DNA of 64,000 nt from Amoebidium appalachense (GCA_963693365.1 CAVNZM010000001.1:14060418-14124417); one strand, 5' to 3'. Positions 42,026 to 58,147 are shown, counted from the first letter of the stretch. Notes: a model not told the origin generated them from the letters alone. Made by a program: numbers and translations.

Positions 42026-43553
42026 ATATGTGTGCGTGTTTTTGTGTGTGTGTTCGTATGGGCTAAGACTAGACGAGATGTGCACCAGAGCTAGTTATAG
42101 TGGTGGCTCAGATGGAATCACGAGGTGTCCACGTCCCTGCGCTATGTGAAAAAAGAAATTGCCTAGATTCGTTGTGTAAGAGCTACTACCATCTACTTAT
42201 ATTAGTAACGTGACTGGGGCACACTACAAATTCTTCACACCCGGTTTCAAAAGATCCGTTCTTGCAGGCCTAAATAATTAGGATCCGTAGATCTAATAGG
42301 ATTAGTGCACCAAGTTATCAGTCGATGGAAAATGTGCCTTGCATATGTTGCCCAGCAAAGGTCAATTACAGCCAATGCATACTATGTTTCTTTCAATACA
42401 CTATATCTTACTAGAAAGAAATACATATATGGTGCATATGTGTTATACTATGGGTAGTTGGCGCGTGGGCGTAACCTCTACAGAGATATATCGATAGGCA
42501 AACGTCAAAACGTAGCTGGTGCCACAGACACAAAACGGATCTACTCAACATTTGACCAGATCGGGAAGGCTTACAGGCAGGAACTCAGCCTCATCCGAAT
42601 TTCAAGGTGTATATCTCAACGTGTGTTTTTCATGTGTTGCTATGTACAAATGCAACGATTCACCTACTGTACTAACAATTTTGTATGTATCGAAAACAGA
42701 ATATCTGTTTGTAAAAACCGGCCATGAGCTCATTAGAAAAGGATTTTTCTTGGCCAAGCAGACAAAGTCTTAGAAAATTGTCCTGGCCCACAAGAAGCAA
42801 CCCTTCAGGAGAAAAGGGACAAGTTCGAGAAAAACTAAATCTTCTATGGATAGCTCAGCGTAAATATGAAGTTTAATGACTTTCCCGGAGCCGGATCACC
42901 AAACTACCGGTTGGAGTCAAATACAGCGCAATGATTGGTGTAGAGTGCACCGCTCGTTGCTTTGTGATGATTACGAAACTGATTCAGTGAACCGTTTTTT
43001 CTAAAAACAAAATTCAATGCCGTAATGACGTAAAATCGGGGCGCAATACTTTAGAAGAAACAACGAGGTACGTGCTCATGCGCTTATTTACAGTACAGCC
43101 GTCTAATCATTAGAAACAGCATCGGCTGTAACATAAACTGCCTACAAAATATAATGCTAATAAAGATAACATGTTCAATTATTTATTTGCCCACTAGATA
43201 ACTCAAGCCACTGCCATTTTGTGAACATGAATCGGAGCCGCCAATTCTTAAAGATTGAGAACATGGTACCCCTCAAATTACAGTCATATGCAACAGGAAC
43301 TCGGACTAAGAGATCGTAATGCGTGGCTGCCCATGCCGTCCTCGGGGCTTCGAGCCTTCGACTCGCTCTGAGTCGCTCCGCGGACCACTTTGTGTGACAC
43401 GCCACCAGGAATCGCCAGATTTCTGGTATTATACCGTCAAAGTGCATATGAAAGTTGCGTCATCGCCATGACGTCATCCCTGCCTGCTGCTGTACGCACA
43501 GACAAGGTACAACGGAATGCCAGGAATTTTTGGCGTTTCTCCTCATACCCAAG

Positions 43554-46621
<3,068 letters not shown>

Positions 46622-47148
46622 GCTCGTTCTCGACTGGGTTACAACCGAAAATGTTGCCTAAGCAGGAAGTGTACTGTTTCTGAATTTTTGCATATTGTTG
46701 CACTTGGAGGTGTGACAAAATTATCTGAAATCCAGTTAAAGTAGAATGAAAACTTTTTGACCCAGGAATGCTAATAATATTTCTATTTTATTTCGGATGA
46801 AGACTCATCTTGGCGCCTTGTAAGATGAAGATTCATTTTAGGCGCGTAAAACCCCTAGATCTTGGTTTAAGGAGACGGACAGTTATACCCATGAAGTATG
46901 TCGTATTGGGGTTCTACTGAACTGTTGGCTTCGGCAGTACCCGTGTTACGTGTAGTGTTTCTATTTGTTTGTGGTTTTGACAAATAAATCATCCGAAAGT
47001 TTAGTAGCTGTGAAAAATTTATCAAGTTCTATTGGGCCCCGATCAAAAGGTAAGTGAACCATTTTCTATTTATCCTAGATGTGCTGGCGCTTAAGTAACT
47101 TTAAACTGAGGGCCTTGGGGTCTTAGAGGGTAATGTGGTATTAATTAT

Positions 47149-47376
47149 TACCGAGCGGGTAAGCTCCTCGCCTCCGACGCAGGAGGCACCTGGTTCGAAT
47201 CCCGGGATGTAGCGCATTGGGGATCGGATGCCCTGATGGGACTCACCTGGGTGCAGAACTATGGCAATGATGGCCCTCTAAGCTAACTCCAACCGGGGTA
47301 GTCAAGGATCGGATGCCTTGGCTATTCCGGAAAGTTTTTTGTGTATGATTATTTAAGTGTGTATGATTATTTAAGT
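47149..47376 (+). mobile_element. 5'-truncated tRNA-derived SINE-like sequence
   Basis: A-box-like TACCGAGCGGGT, imperfect anticodon arm with loop CTCCGAC, B-box GGTTCGAATCC (47192-47202), no 5' acceptor strand. Body has GGATCGGATGCC(C/T)TG twice and ends in (GTGTATGATTATTTAAGT)x2. Confidence 0.6.
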
Positions 47377-47490
47377 TGTTATCTCCTCCGTATCCGAGAG
47401 TGAGGGCTTTTGTATTTTCTTCTCCGAGATATCGGTGATATCTCGATGGCTTCTATTTTGCTGAGCATATCAATAAAGTCAGTGTATGAT
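47369..47490. repeat. Left copy of ~120-bp direct repeat flanking the LINE
   Basis: ATTTAAGTTGTTATCTCCTCCGTATCCGAGAGTGAGGGC...GAGCATATCAATAAAGTCA matches 51938-52063 with a few substitutions and one 6-bp indel. Confidence 0.95.
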
Positions 47491-47739
47491 TATTTTTTCT
47501 TTTGACTGGATTTATTCGACGGAAAGATATGCAAGTATGCACGGCATACTGAGAAGACAATAAAAACTTCACGAGTTATCCAGTAACAAGTGCATACTGA
47601 GATACCTGAACACTGTGTGAAAATCATATAAATACTCCATGTAACGACCAACAGAATTCAACAAAAAGTCTAAAGTGTTCACATTGCCAGCTAGTGTAGC
47701 AGACACCCGTAGGGAAAGAGGTAAAACACGACATAAAAA

Positions 47740-50738
47740 CTCACACCTATCTGAACATGCTTGCGATTAAAAAGCTCAGCACAAAAGTGGCACCAGCGGC
47801 GATGAAAACAAGAATTACAGTGCCACTGCACAACTTCCCAGGCAATATCAACATCAGAGCACCATACAGACTTATCTACTAGGGTGCCACGGTATCCATA
47901 CGTACAGCAGGAGAAATGTATCCTGCCAAAGCTCCCAAAAAGCGATAATGATCAGTACGGTGTTGCCTAAGGAACATAACACATGCCGACTGAGTTTTAC
48001 CTTTGATTTCTCTATCAGAACGAGAAAGAAACTTATACTGCGTATGGTAATAACGCGAAAAGGCAGAAAAAACAGAAAGAGAAAAGAAAGAGGGAGTGAG
48101 ATAGCGAGAGGAAGAATCAGGTTGAAAGAGGGTAGGCTGAGGACATTCAATCAGAAGTAGCGTTGGTGAATCGGGGGGGAAGAGGGATGGAGGGAGGGGG
48201 GGGAAAGAAAGCATAAAGAGGGTGACCATCAGGTAGCCTAACTAAATGAAAACAAAAACGAAGAGACAATTCCTCCATACGACAAACAGCAGACGACAAT
48301 CCAAACATACTGATTAAGGGAGGCACAAACCGAGTACGAAACAAAGTGCGCAGCGCAGTACCCTGAAAATTGTCGAACTCTTTCAGCGCAATGGCCGCCT
48401 CGCGAGGTGGGGCGCAGGCCAATAGCGGAAGTCCATATTCGAAAGTCGGCCGTAAAAAAGTTTTATAGTAGAGAAGAAGGTTCGCAGGATGGATCACAGA
48501 CTCCTGTTGAAACATATTTGACACGATGTGAAGCTTACCCTTCGCACGAGCGATCCGTGCCGTGAGGAGCTTGCGGAAATCAATACCCCGTGCAGTAAAA
48601 GGAATACCTAAATAGTCATAGGTGCTCTGAACAGGAATAGGAAGACCGGCCAATCGAAAGGAAGTGTTCTTCGAAAAAGTAGCACACTTTGCAATTCCGA
48701 CTGTCATGAGATTCTCGGTGCACCATTGATCCACCTGACGAAGCATCTGGTGCATGACAGCTTCGGTTAAGGAACAAAGAACAATATCGTCCGCAAAAAG
48801 GAGACCCGGTACACGGCGGGTATGCAGTTGGCCAAAGGGTTCGAGGGCGCAGGCTAAATCGTCAATGAAAACGTCAAACAACATCGGACTCAGGAGGGAC
48901 CCCTGCAGAAGACCCCGAGAACGGGAAAAACCGGGTGTTAATGTTCCATTGACCGCCGCTCGTCCGCGAGTGGTATCGAACAACGCTTGCAGAAGACGGC
49001 CAAAGGGGGCTGGTAAGCCCCGCATAGCCACATCAGCAGCTTATGCCATAACAAACCAGTGGGTACGGTGTCGTAGGCGTTCTTAAGGTCGATGAAGACA
49101 ACGTGTGGAGAGCCAGAAGTAATGGATTCATGGAGTAACAGACTGTGAGTATAACACGAATAGGCATGACGAAAGCCCCCTTGAAGGGAAGAAAGACGGA
49201 ACACGGCGTTTAAAGAATCGTCGGTGTTAAACGCGCGAAGCATGCAACCCTCGAAGAGCCGACGAAAAACGTTGGTAAGTGTGACGGGACGAAAGTCGTT
49301 AATGACCCCCTGCGATACCTTCTTACGAACGGGTGTAACGATTGTGTCAAGCCACGAATTTGGAATAAACCCGAGTTTGAAAAAAGCCGAAAAAAACTCA
49401 CTAAGAAGGACAGCAAAAGGGGGGGGGGGGGGGGGGGGGGGACTCTGCACGATTACGGGGCGGAAGCACGGGAGAAAGAACCTTGAAAAGCCCGGGAGGA
49501 AGAGCATCCGGCCCGCACGCCTTGCGGGGTTTTAACGCCCGTATAGCACCAAAAACAGCCGAAGAATTGAAATAACTATGAAAAGTGCCCGGGAACGATC
49601 GGTCCGGCTTCCAACTCGGCGGCTGGGAGAGGCCAGCGGGCGGTGATGGAACCGTGGACACGTTAGGAAGCGAAAATAGGGAAGCATAATAGTCATCGAC
49701 GGATTCAGCGACGGAGATGGAAGGAGACGGGGCATAGACTTGCACGGAAGGCCCAAACCGACCGGCGGATTTCCAGACCGATAATGCTTCCTGTAGAGGC
49801 AACAACTGTCGTAGGGACTGCAAAACGTGAGACTGTCTCAGCCGAACGGAAGGGTACTCAACCGTGCCCACCACCTGCTCGCCAAGGGCAAATAGGAACT
49901 CAACAAACTCATTATAACAAACCTCCAAAATAGCCGGGTTCCGCTTCCGCTGCGCACGGGCGTCGCACACTGCGGCAAGAAAGAAGCCATGAACCGACTC
50001 ATACTCCTTGACAGCGAGTAACTGGTTTAACTTGTGCTTGAAACCGCGAGATAAGAGGCGGCCGTTAGTCTGAGTAGCCCTGCCGAAGTGAACAGGGAAG
50101 GAAACCGAAAATTCTACAGGGGAATGGTCCGAACTACGCCGTAAGGAATCGGGTGGGGAAATTACTCGAAGAGTGGAGTCCCAAAACGAGGCACCCCAGT
50201 CAGTCGCGTGGTTAGCGAAAACGCGAGGAAGACGGACAAGGTGCTTTCGAAGAAGGTTGGCGAGGACACGAGCACGGTCAGAAAAAGGACGAAACTGTGC
50301 TGGGGACGGGGTATGTTCCCTATCACACGGAACCACTGGACAATTGCAGTCACCGATAAAAACTTGAGAAACGGGAATTTGGTTAACCACGGCTGACAAA
50401 GTGTCAGTACCTAACGATGGAGGAAAGTACACGAAAGACAAAGTCCACGCACGAAACTGGATGGTGACGAAAGACTCATGCGCCGTAATGACCCTGCAAT
50501 CCGAACGAATGCTAGGATTGGCTAAAACCGCGATGCCGCCTCGGGAGAAACCAGTCGATGACGAAGACCCAATCAAAAATCCGGATTGCTCCAACTGATG
50601 ATGATTATAGAACCATGTCTCGGCAAGAACAACAAAAGAATAGGCACGAACAGAGTCGAAAATGTATTGCAACTGCGGGGATTGTAAACCATGAACATTC
50701 CAAAACAAAAAAGAAAGAGGTTGAGATTGTTGAGCCAT
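47740..50738 (-). pseudogene. LINE ORF2 (apurinic endonuclease plus reverse transcriptase), several frameshifts
   Basis: APE: FWNVHGL, LAETW, GGIAVL, VYFPP, IGDCN, SDHSPV. RT: KACGPDALP, FRPVTLTNVFRRLFE, QGGFR, FIDLKNAYDTV, GLLQGSLLSPMLFDVFIDDL, LFADDIV, YLGIPF. C-terminal WCHFCAELFNRKHV knuckle-like motif at ~47800-47755. Frame breaks near 49430, 49035, 48190 and 47880. Confidence 0.93.
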
Positions 50739-51835
50739 TTAACTTCCTGCGATGCCCCAATCCGATCCAACCACGCACGATAAAAAGCCGCCACCTCCTG
50801 GGACGCAGTCACATGGCGGGGGGATCCGTCCGCCCGCTCGAAAAAGGCCACCTGTTTCTGCAACCGCCCGCGAAACATGTCCACAGCGGTTTTGCCGGCG
50901 TCCATAAATTTCTGTTGTCGAATGTTACCGAGCGCATCAGGCTGAAAAGCCGCCGAGTCCAGAATTTCGAGGTGCAGAAGGTTGCGCAGCTTGGTGCACA
51001 ACTCAGCCTCGTAGTCCTCCTCAACAAGAAGCTCAAGCACACGGCCGCCGATGAAGGAATAATTGCGAATTTTGCTGGTACGCACACGAATTGCCCGAAA
51101 ATCTTGCTTGATCTGCGAGATGGGGCCGCGAGCAAGGGTGACGTAGACGGGTTTGAAAGCGGGAGAGTGAGCACGGGCTTGGTCCTGACGTGGCATGGGG
51201 TTGACAGGACGGGGACGGCACCGTTCGCGAAGGCGCTTGACAGCGGCCACAGAGCTGTCAACAGCCTCAGGCTTGCCCTTGACCGAGCCAACCTTGTTGG
51301 CCTCCTCACGAAGTGCGTCCTCCTCGGAGCGAGCAGCGGCGGCAGCATAGGAAACGGGTATGGAATTGGCAGGGGGGGCGGCTCCGCGAATCTCCGACCG
51401 TTCCGGAATGACGGTGGGAATGCGAGGGCCACCACCGTTAGGGGGAGACGCCGCAGCAGCTGCCGCAGCGGCCGGCCCCACCGGCTGAGGCTCACGGGAA
51501 GGCGAAGGCGTATCGATGAAACGAGCCAGGGTGGCGTTGAGTTCCTTCACCTGCTGCAGGAGCTCAGTCATTTGGATGCGAAGGCGGGCATTTTCATCAC
51601 GTAGGTCCTTGAGTTGGTCTGTGTTAGTCTTGGGTTTCTTAGTGGCTGGGATGGAAGGTTGTGGAGTAGACAACACAACCTGCTGACTCGCCTGTTGGGA
51701 CTCAAAATCCAGGATGTCGTCGGAGTTTTCGATAGCGAGGACACCAAACCGGTTGGCATGGTGGGGCGGGGGGGACTGCTCGGGACTGTGCACCCGCTTG
51801 CCATCGAGAGGAACGAGGTCGTGCTGGGAGGCCAT
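50573..51835 (-). CDS. LINE ORF1-like protein (coiled coil, Pro/Ala-rich, SYAAAA motif)
   Basis: 420-codon ORF directly upstream of and overlapping ORF2. Heptad segment QLKDLRDENARLRIQMTELLQQVKELNATL and the SYAAAA motif are typical of LINE ORF1 proteins. Confidence 0.8.
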   Translation of the reverse strand: MASQHDLVPLDGKRVHSPEQSPPPHHANRFGVLAIENSDDILDFESQQASQQVVLSTPQPSIPATKKPKTNTDQLKDLRDENARLRIQMTELLQQVKELNATLARFIDTPSPSREPQPVGPAAAAAAAASPPNGGGPRIPTVIPERSEIRGAAPPANSIPVSYAAAAARSEEDALREEANKVGSVKGKPEAVDSSVAAVKRLRERCRPRPVNPMPRQDQARAHSPAFKPVYVTLARGPISQIKQDFRAIRVRTSKIRNYSFIGGRVLELLVEEDYEAELCTKLRNLLHLEILDSAAFQPDALGNIRQQKFMDAGKTAVDMFRGRLQKQVAFFERADGSPRHVTASQEVAAFYRAWLDRIGASQEVKWLNNLNLFLFCFGMFMVYNPRSCNTFSTLFVPILLLFLPRHGSIIIISWSNPDF

Positions 51836-51937
51836 GGTGTTGGGCCTGAATAAAACAAAAGATGTAAAACGGTATATACTGAATGGGAATTCAAATCCGA
51901 TGACGTAGGGAGTTAATCAATCAAGAAAGTCTCACCA

Positions 51938-52063
51938 ATTTAAGTCGTTATCTCCTCCGTATCCGAGAGTGAGGGCTTTTGTATTTTCTTCTCCGACTCG
52001 GAGATATTGGTGATATCTCGATGGCTTCTATTTTGCTGAGCATATCAATAAAGTCATTATGAT
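51938..52063. repeat. Right copy of ~120-bp direct repeat flanking the LINE
   Basis: Same sequence as 47369-47490, lying ~100 bp upstream of the ORF1 ATG. Confidence 0.95.
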
Positions 52064-52446
52064 AAAAATTATTACTAAATGGTGTCATACAAAAACCCCT
52101 TGGCTGTGTTTAAGGAGATCCCACTGCCGGCGCGGGCTGATGGCCACTGGGTCACGGGCGGGGGCCGCAACCGTGAGTGCAACTTGCAAGCATGGCATTG
52201 ATGTTGGCGGACTATGGATTTACATTGCCGCATGATGCATTTGTCGTTGTCAGTGTTCAGAGCCTTGTATGTTTATTTTTATGGGCGTTGTAATCCAGTA
52301 CACCAGTGTCACTATGATACATTATATTTATCACGGCCGCGTTCGCTGCCTCGATCATTGGAGGTATACGTACGCGTACTGTGGACTCGAGCTCCGAGTC
52401 GCGGCGGGAGTGAAGGGAAAGGGAAGGTGATATGGAGAGAGGGAGC

Positions 52447-52680
<234 letters not shown>

Positions 52681-53260
52681 AATGCTAGAGTCTGTCTTTA
52701 CAGCACCATCTCTAATATCCTGTCACATCCGGTGGCGGCCCCCTTGCACATTGTTGTTTTCTGTTACAGTGCCCGTCCGCGCGTTAGATGCTCCGCCACT
52801 AAGATAACGGCGACGCCATTTTTCAAAAATATTAAAAATAATGACCTCAGTCGTTTTCCGGGATTATCTAAGACTTAAAGTTTTTTTTCTTTTTTTTTTT
52901 TCTTTTTTTCTTTTTTAGCGCAACAGGGGGTCCTATGCATCGCCAATGCAGACGTAATTACCAAGTATGCACCATTAGAACCCCCTTTATTTGTAGAGTT
53001 TCAGACTTTTTACCACATAAAACCTAGCTCACCGATACTAGTATGTTCCACAAACAAAAGGGTCAATCATTGAATAGGCTTTGGCGCACAAAAAAACCCC
53101 GTATGACGCACATGTCAGTTCAGTCAGTCAGTTTTGAATCGTCTTCTATCCAAAATACATAGGAGTACGCAGGTTGAAAGTGTACTGGCACGCGGAAAGA
53201 CCATGACCATGGCCAAGCCAGTAGTTCAAGTGCAGGCAGCTGCACTTGGGGCTTTAAATA

Positions 53261-54072
53261 GTGCACGTCTACACAAACTTTGAAGTAAACGCAGCCACAG
53301 ACAAGTTCCAGGAAAGCACGCAAGTGGCCCAAGTGATCGTTGCCGAGGGCCTTGTAGAAGCAAACAAAACGATCAGTAATGCAACCACCAGTGCAATTGC
53401 ACAAGCAGAAAATGCAAAAGCACAACTGCGTTCACACATAGGCGCTTTAGAGAACCGCAGAGTCCACACACCTGCCGAATTGCTAAAAACGGCTGCCAGC
53501 AAGCCTGGGCAGAGGACCGTGTTTGATTACGGGACAAAGATGAATTTTTCGTTTGAACTGAACGGCCGTGAAAAAACGATGAGTGCGCACAGTGTGGAAG
53601 AAGCCAAAACTACCAGCGAGTTAATTGCTACAGAAGACTCTTCCAAACCTACGTTTCCGTGCAGAGGCTGCAGGTATCCCTGCGGTAACGCCGGTGCACT
53701 GGCAAACCGAAGCCAGTTGTGCTGCGGCTAAACTTGTTAACCAGCAATCACATCTCGTTACCAGCAACGTTGGGTCCGTCACACATGAGTTTGTCCCACC
53801 GACGGTCCCAAGAGGACTTCGTACGGCAAGAAGCGATTGCTGCGGAGTTCGAGCGTATAAACCAAAGTTTGGCGGAAGGCAAACCCAAAGTGGGTCGGCG
53901 CAAAAATAATAAAGGAGCAGGTGAGCAAGGGTCGTACACTTATTCACAAAAGGCGGAGATGCATATGATTGAAGAGATTCTCGGTCTGAAAGGCGAAAAC
54001 ACGGCGGCGAAGATTGCAAAGTACCGCATATCTCACCAGAAGAACTTGAGCATTCAAATGCTATATGCGTAA
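53261..54072 (+). pseudogene. Probable transposase N-terminal remnant (Zn-finger-like plus HTH-like), frameshifted near 53720; no DDE domain seen
   Basis: FPCRGCRYPCGNAGALANR (decayed C2H2-like) and GRRKNNKGAGEQGSYTYSQKAE (similar to the RxSYTxxxK start of pogo/CENP-B-type HTH), located inside the TIR-bounded element. Confidence 0.55.
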
Positions 54073-54436
54073 GTTTTCCCAAGGCTGGTACGTAGTCGTT
54101 TTACTGCAAGCCTGGCATTTTGTCTGTGCCTGATCTTTTGCTATGATGTTGGTTAGTACCTGTGCTGCATAGGCGCTTTGTTTCTCTGGTTACTCTGTTT
54201 GTTGTTAGTGGTTGCCAAGGCCTTGTCCTGTTGTTTGTTGGAAAGAGAGCCCTTGAAAAAACCCTGGAGGTCTGGAGGTTGATGAAAACCTCAATGCCGA
54301 TGTCTATGAGGCAAATGGGGAGGGGTTGCCCCTTACTCGTGTAGGTGTGTGGTGCCGAATAGTCAAGATGTAACAGTAGCAGGGCCGCTTTTTATCATGA
54401 TAGACAGACTCTGCTAACTGTACTTGAATATGTTCC

Positions 54437-54708
<272 letters not shown>

Positions 54709-56510
54709 TAGATGCTTTTCCGCTTGGTTTTTTTTTTTTTTTTTTTTTTTTTTGTGGCAGGAACCCACTGGGGCGCCCGGATGGGGGGGGGGGGGGGGGG
54801 GGGGAGAGGGGGGGGGGGGGGGGGGGGGGGAGATAATAGAGACGGACTCTGGATTCTTTTCAAAACGACTAAGTAAACTTACAAGATAATGACCTCGGCA
54901 CTGGTCAGCGCAGTATCTTACGCGCGGACGCGGACTGTATATTATTTTTATGTTAGAACGCAGCAGGCTCATGCATGTGCATATATCTGATGGCCGATAG
55001 CAAATATGATGATGATGTGTGCATTGTTGACCGTACTAGGCATGTGTACTTTCTCGACTGCTTGAATTCATGTTCAAACTTAAGATCTTCCTTTCTTATG
55101 TTCTTTGTGCTAAAATTATTACCGTACTTGCAGATAAGGATAAAGCCTGAGCCTCTGGCAGGTCAGGAGTAAAAAATTGAGTTATGTGAAACCCGGACAG
55201 CCGTTAGTCACCCAACTTCAACGCATCAACTTAGAACCCACCGGATCCGCGATTCCTGGTGGACCGTCGGAGGCCGCATGGCCGCAGACGCTCTTGTACA
55301 GGCTGGGACTTATCATGATGGCAGCTAGCCTCGTGAACCCGCACGCACGCGTTGCACGGTCGGTCACATGGTCACAGCTGCATGCATTGCTGCCTATGTA
55401 CTCGGCACTAATGTATGTACGTATTAGAAGTTGTCGATCAGAAGTGGCCCTCCGAGCTCGAGGCTACGTGTATATACGTGTGCATCCTACGTATATATGC
55501 AAAGTTAGAATAGTATTGGGGAACATGCATATGCACGCATAAATATAGTCAGAATGACCGTGAATTCCGTAGATTGTAAATTTGTATGCTTGCCAGCACC
55601 GTGTCAGTAGGCACGTCTGTATACGTACAGTCACCGACTGTAGTCACTTCTCACTGCGCGTGACCATGTGCACCCGGTGCACGCCTGACACAAATTGCAT
55701 GATCTAATGCGGAATCTAGGGATTTGTACCAAAATATTCTCATCTGATTGGTCATAATCCGATTCATACTACCAATCAATAAGGTGCAATCTATATTACA
55801 CCAATAATTAGAGGTAAATAGATCTATTTGCCCTGCTTGATAATGAAATCACATTCCTGCCGAGATCATGGACTGCCCTATGTATTGTATTGTAAGTGTC
55901 CTTTGCTCTTTGTGGCAGGCATTTAAGACGAGCGCTACAGCTATAGGTATATTAGCTCCAAAATTATTTGAAGAAAGAAGATTATAATCATACCACCACC
56001 ACAGCCACCTGGCTCTCTTATATATATATAATTAGTCCGTCACGGCTGACCAACTAGAGTTAGTAAATTTGAAGGGTATGATGGGTTCTTGAATCTGACA
56101 AGAGTCACAGTGTGCCGGGAAGGGGTGGGGGGCACTGCCACACTTGCCAATGCGGCATGGGCTGACATATATGGCTCGGGGCACCGGCATCTGACACATC
56201 CATGGTACGAAAGTTCGGGACTCTAAACGGTTCCCGGCAGGCGCGGCGGCCGCGGGGCCAGACGGCGGAAGGCGGCAGCGGGGCAAGACGAGGGAAGGAT
56301 ATTGAAATAATTTTAGGACACGCAGTGTATATGCAGTTCATGCACATATATGCATCATCGAGCTTGAGCAACACCAATACAGGACACAACGTCCAAACAT
56401 TTGCCACTATGCCCCACGCATATTTACATGAAAGTTACAAACACACACACACACACACACACACATGCACACACACACACACGCGCGCGCGCGCGCGCGC
56501 AAACACGCAC

Positions 56511-56623
<113 letters not shown>

Positions 56624-58103
56624 GCACAGGCACGCACGTGTACACGCACACACCATACATACACATGGATGAATCCAGCACACACGCACACACGCAATTT
56701 TTAAACACACGCTGACATGCTTTGCGCACATAACACACTCAACCACAAACACAAACACACACACACTCACTCACACACACACACACACACGCACACGCAC
56801 ACGCACACGCACACGCACACACACACACACACACACACGCGCGCGCACACACACATGCACACAGTGTCAAACAATTACACAAACACACGCCACGTGCACA
56901 CACAAACACACACACACATGTACATATGTACACACACAGTCAGATTCAGATTCTATAGAACGCCTCGCCAAGAAGCGGCACCAGTCAGACCTAACAAAGT
57001 ACGTGAGCAGCCTCCTAAACTTTTGAATCAATTTCACGGGATGTCTATCATTTCGGTATCCCAAAACCTCTAACGGTTCGTGTGAAAAACGAACACAAGG
57101 ATTCACAGTTTTCCTTTATATTACGGGCAGGTTCACGCAAGACTTATCGAACGTGAGCAGGTTTTGAAGTTTAGAGTTGGACGTGTTCCACCGAGCCTCT
57201 TGAAACAAACATGAGCCAGTTTCACGTACATATGGACGTGCTCCAGGGCCCCTTGAATCAAAAATGGGCCCGTTTCACGTACATACAAAACACATACAGT
57301 GCGTGAGCACAACATAAACATGCATGGGACAGGCCGTAGTTTCCACGGCCAACATGTACATGGTGAACGCCTCGAAGCCGCACGGCCGTGACATTGTACA
57401 TACATGCAGGCGCACACATTGCCAAGTGGGACCGTTCATCAACATGCCGGATACTTTCTCACAATATCATCTCTTTTCCTGAAATCTTTTCTCTTGACTG
57501 GGATTTATTGATCAGTGGTCCAGTGGATATGAAGGCAACGTGCAGCCACAGGCTACATGACCACCAAAATAATCGACTTCGAAAGAGCCACAGCGATGAA
57601 ATAAAAAATAAAACAACAAGTGACCAAAAGGACACCAGCGAGCAAAGGTACAAGTGCACGTGTATGCGTGAAACTAGTTTGCTCCAACTAGTCATATGCA
57701 GCGATGATGACCAGGCCACACTCCGCAAGAAGACATCATTACTGCTGCCCCCCAACAGGCCCCCCTCAAAACCTACGGGGCACAGCAAGCAAGTCAGCTC
57801 TTTAAAGAGCAATGCAGACCAAATCCGAGCGAGAAAACAATCCCCACGGGCCTGAAATTCATTTATTACAGATATATATATTTCACTGGCTTCATAATAA
57901 AAACTGAACCATATGCATGTCTAAGAAGCGATGATAGATTGATAGCTGCATGCAGAATGCCATAGATTCGATGATACATTTACATGGGCGTGAGCCTGTT
58001 GGCATAGTTCTAGTGCACGTATTTGGGCCAGTCACTGACAGCCGTGTACCTACAGCGCCGAGCAGGTTACTCATTTCAGACCGTTAGGTGTACAGTAGTG
58101 TCT

Positions 58104-58147
<44 letters not shown>

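Larger units (their letters stand above)
47492..51937 (-). mobile_element. Apparently full-length decayed non-LTR retrotransposon (LINE; ORF1 plus APE-RT-CCHC-like ORF2)
   Basis: ORF1 and ORF2 as listed, short A-rich 3' end (47493-47503 on minus), flanked by ~120-bp direct repeats. Confidence 0.92.

Noticed and set aside
47149-47213. Functional tRNA-Arg(CCG)
   Set aside because: No 5' acceptor strand, a mismatched anticodon stem and no adjacent terminator; treated as a SINE head or pseudogene.
50558-51604. 348-aa plus-strand ORF
   Set aside because: Antisense shadow of the GC-rich LINE ORF1 with no domain features.
47369-52063. Classification as an LTR retrotransposon
   Set aside because: The RT and APE are LINE-type; no protease, integrase or primer-binding site is recognisable.
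57388-57855. 155-aa plus-strand ORF
   Set aside because: No recognisable motifs, no ATG-supported gene structure and no phase-consistent partner exons found.
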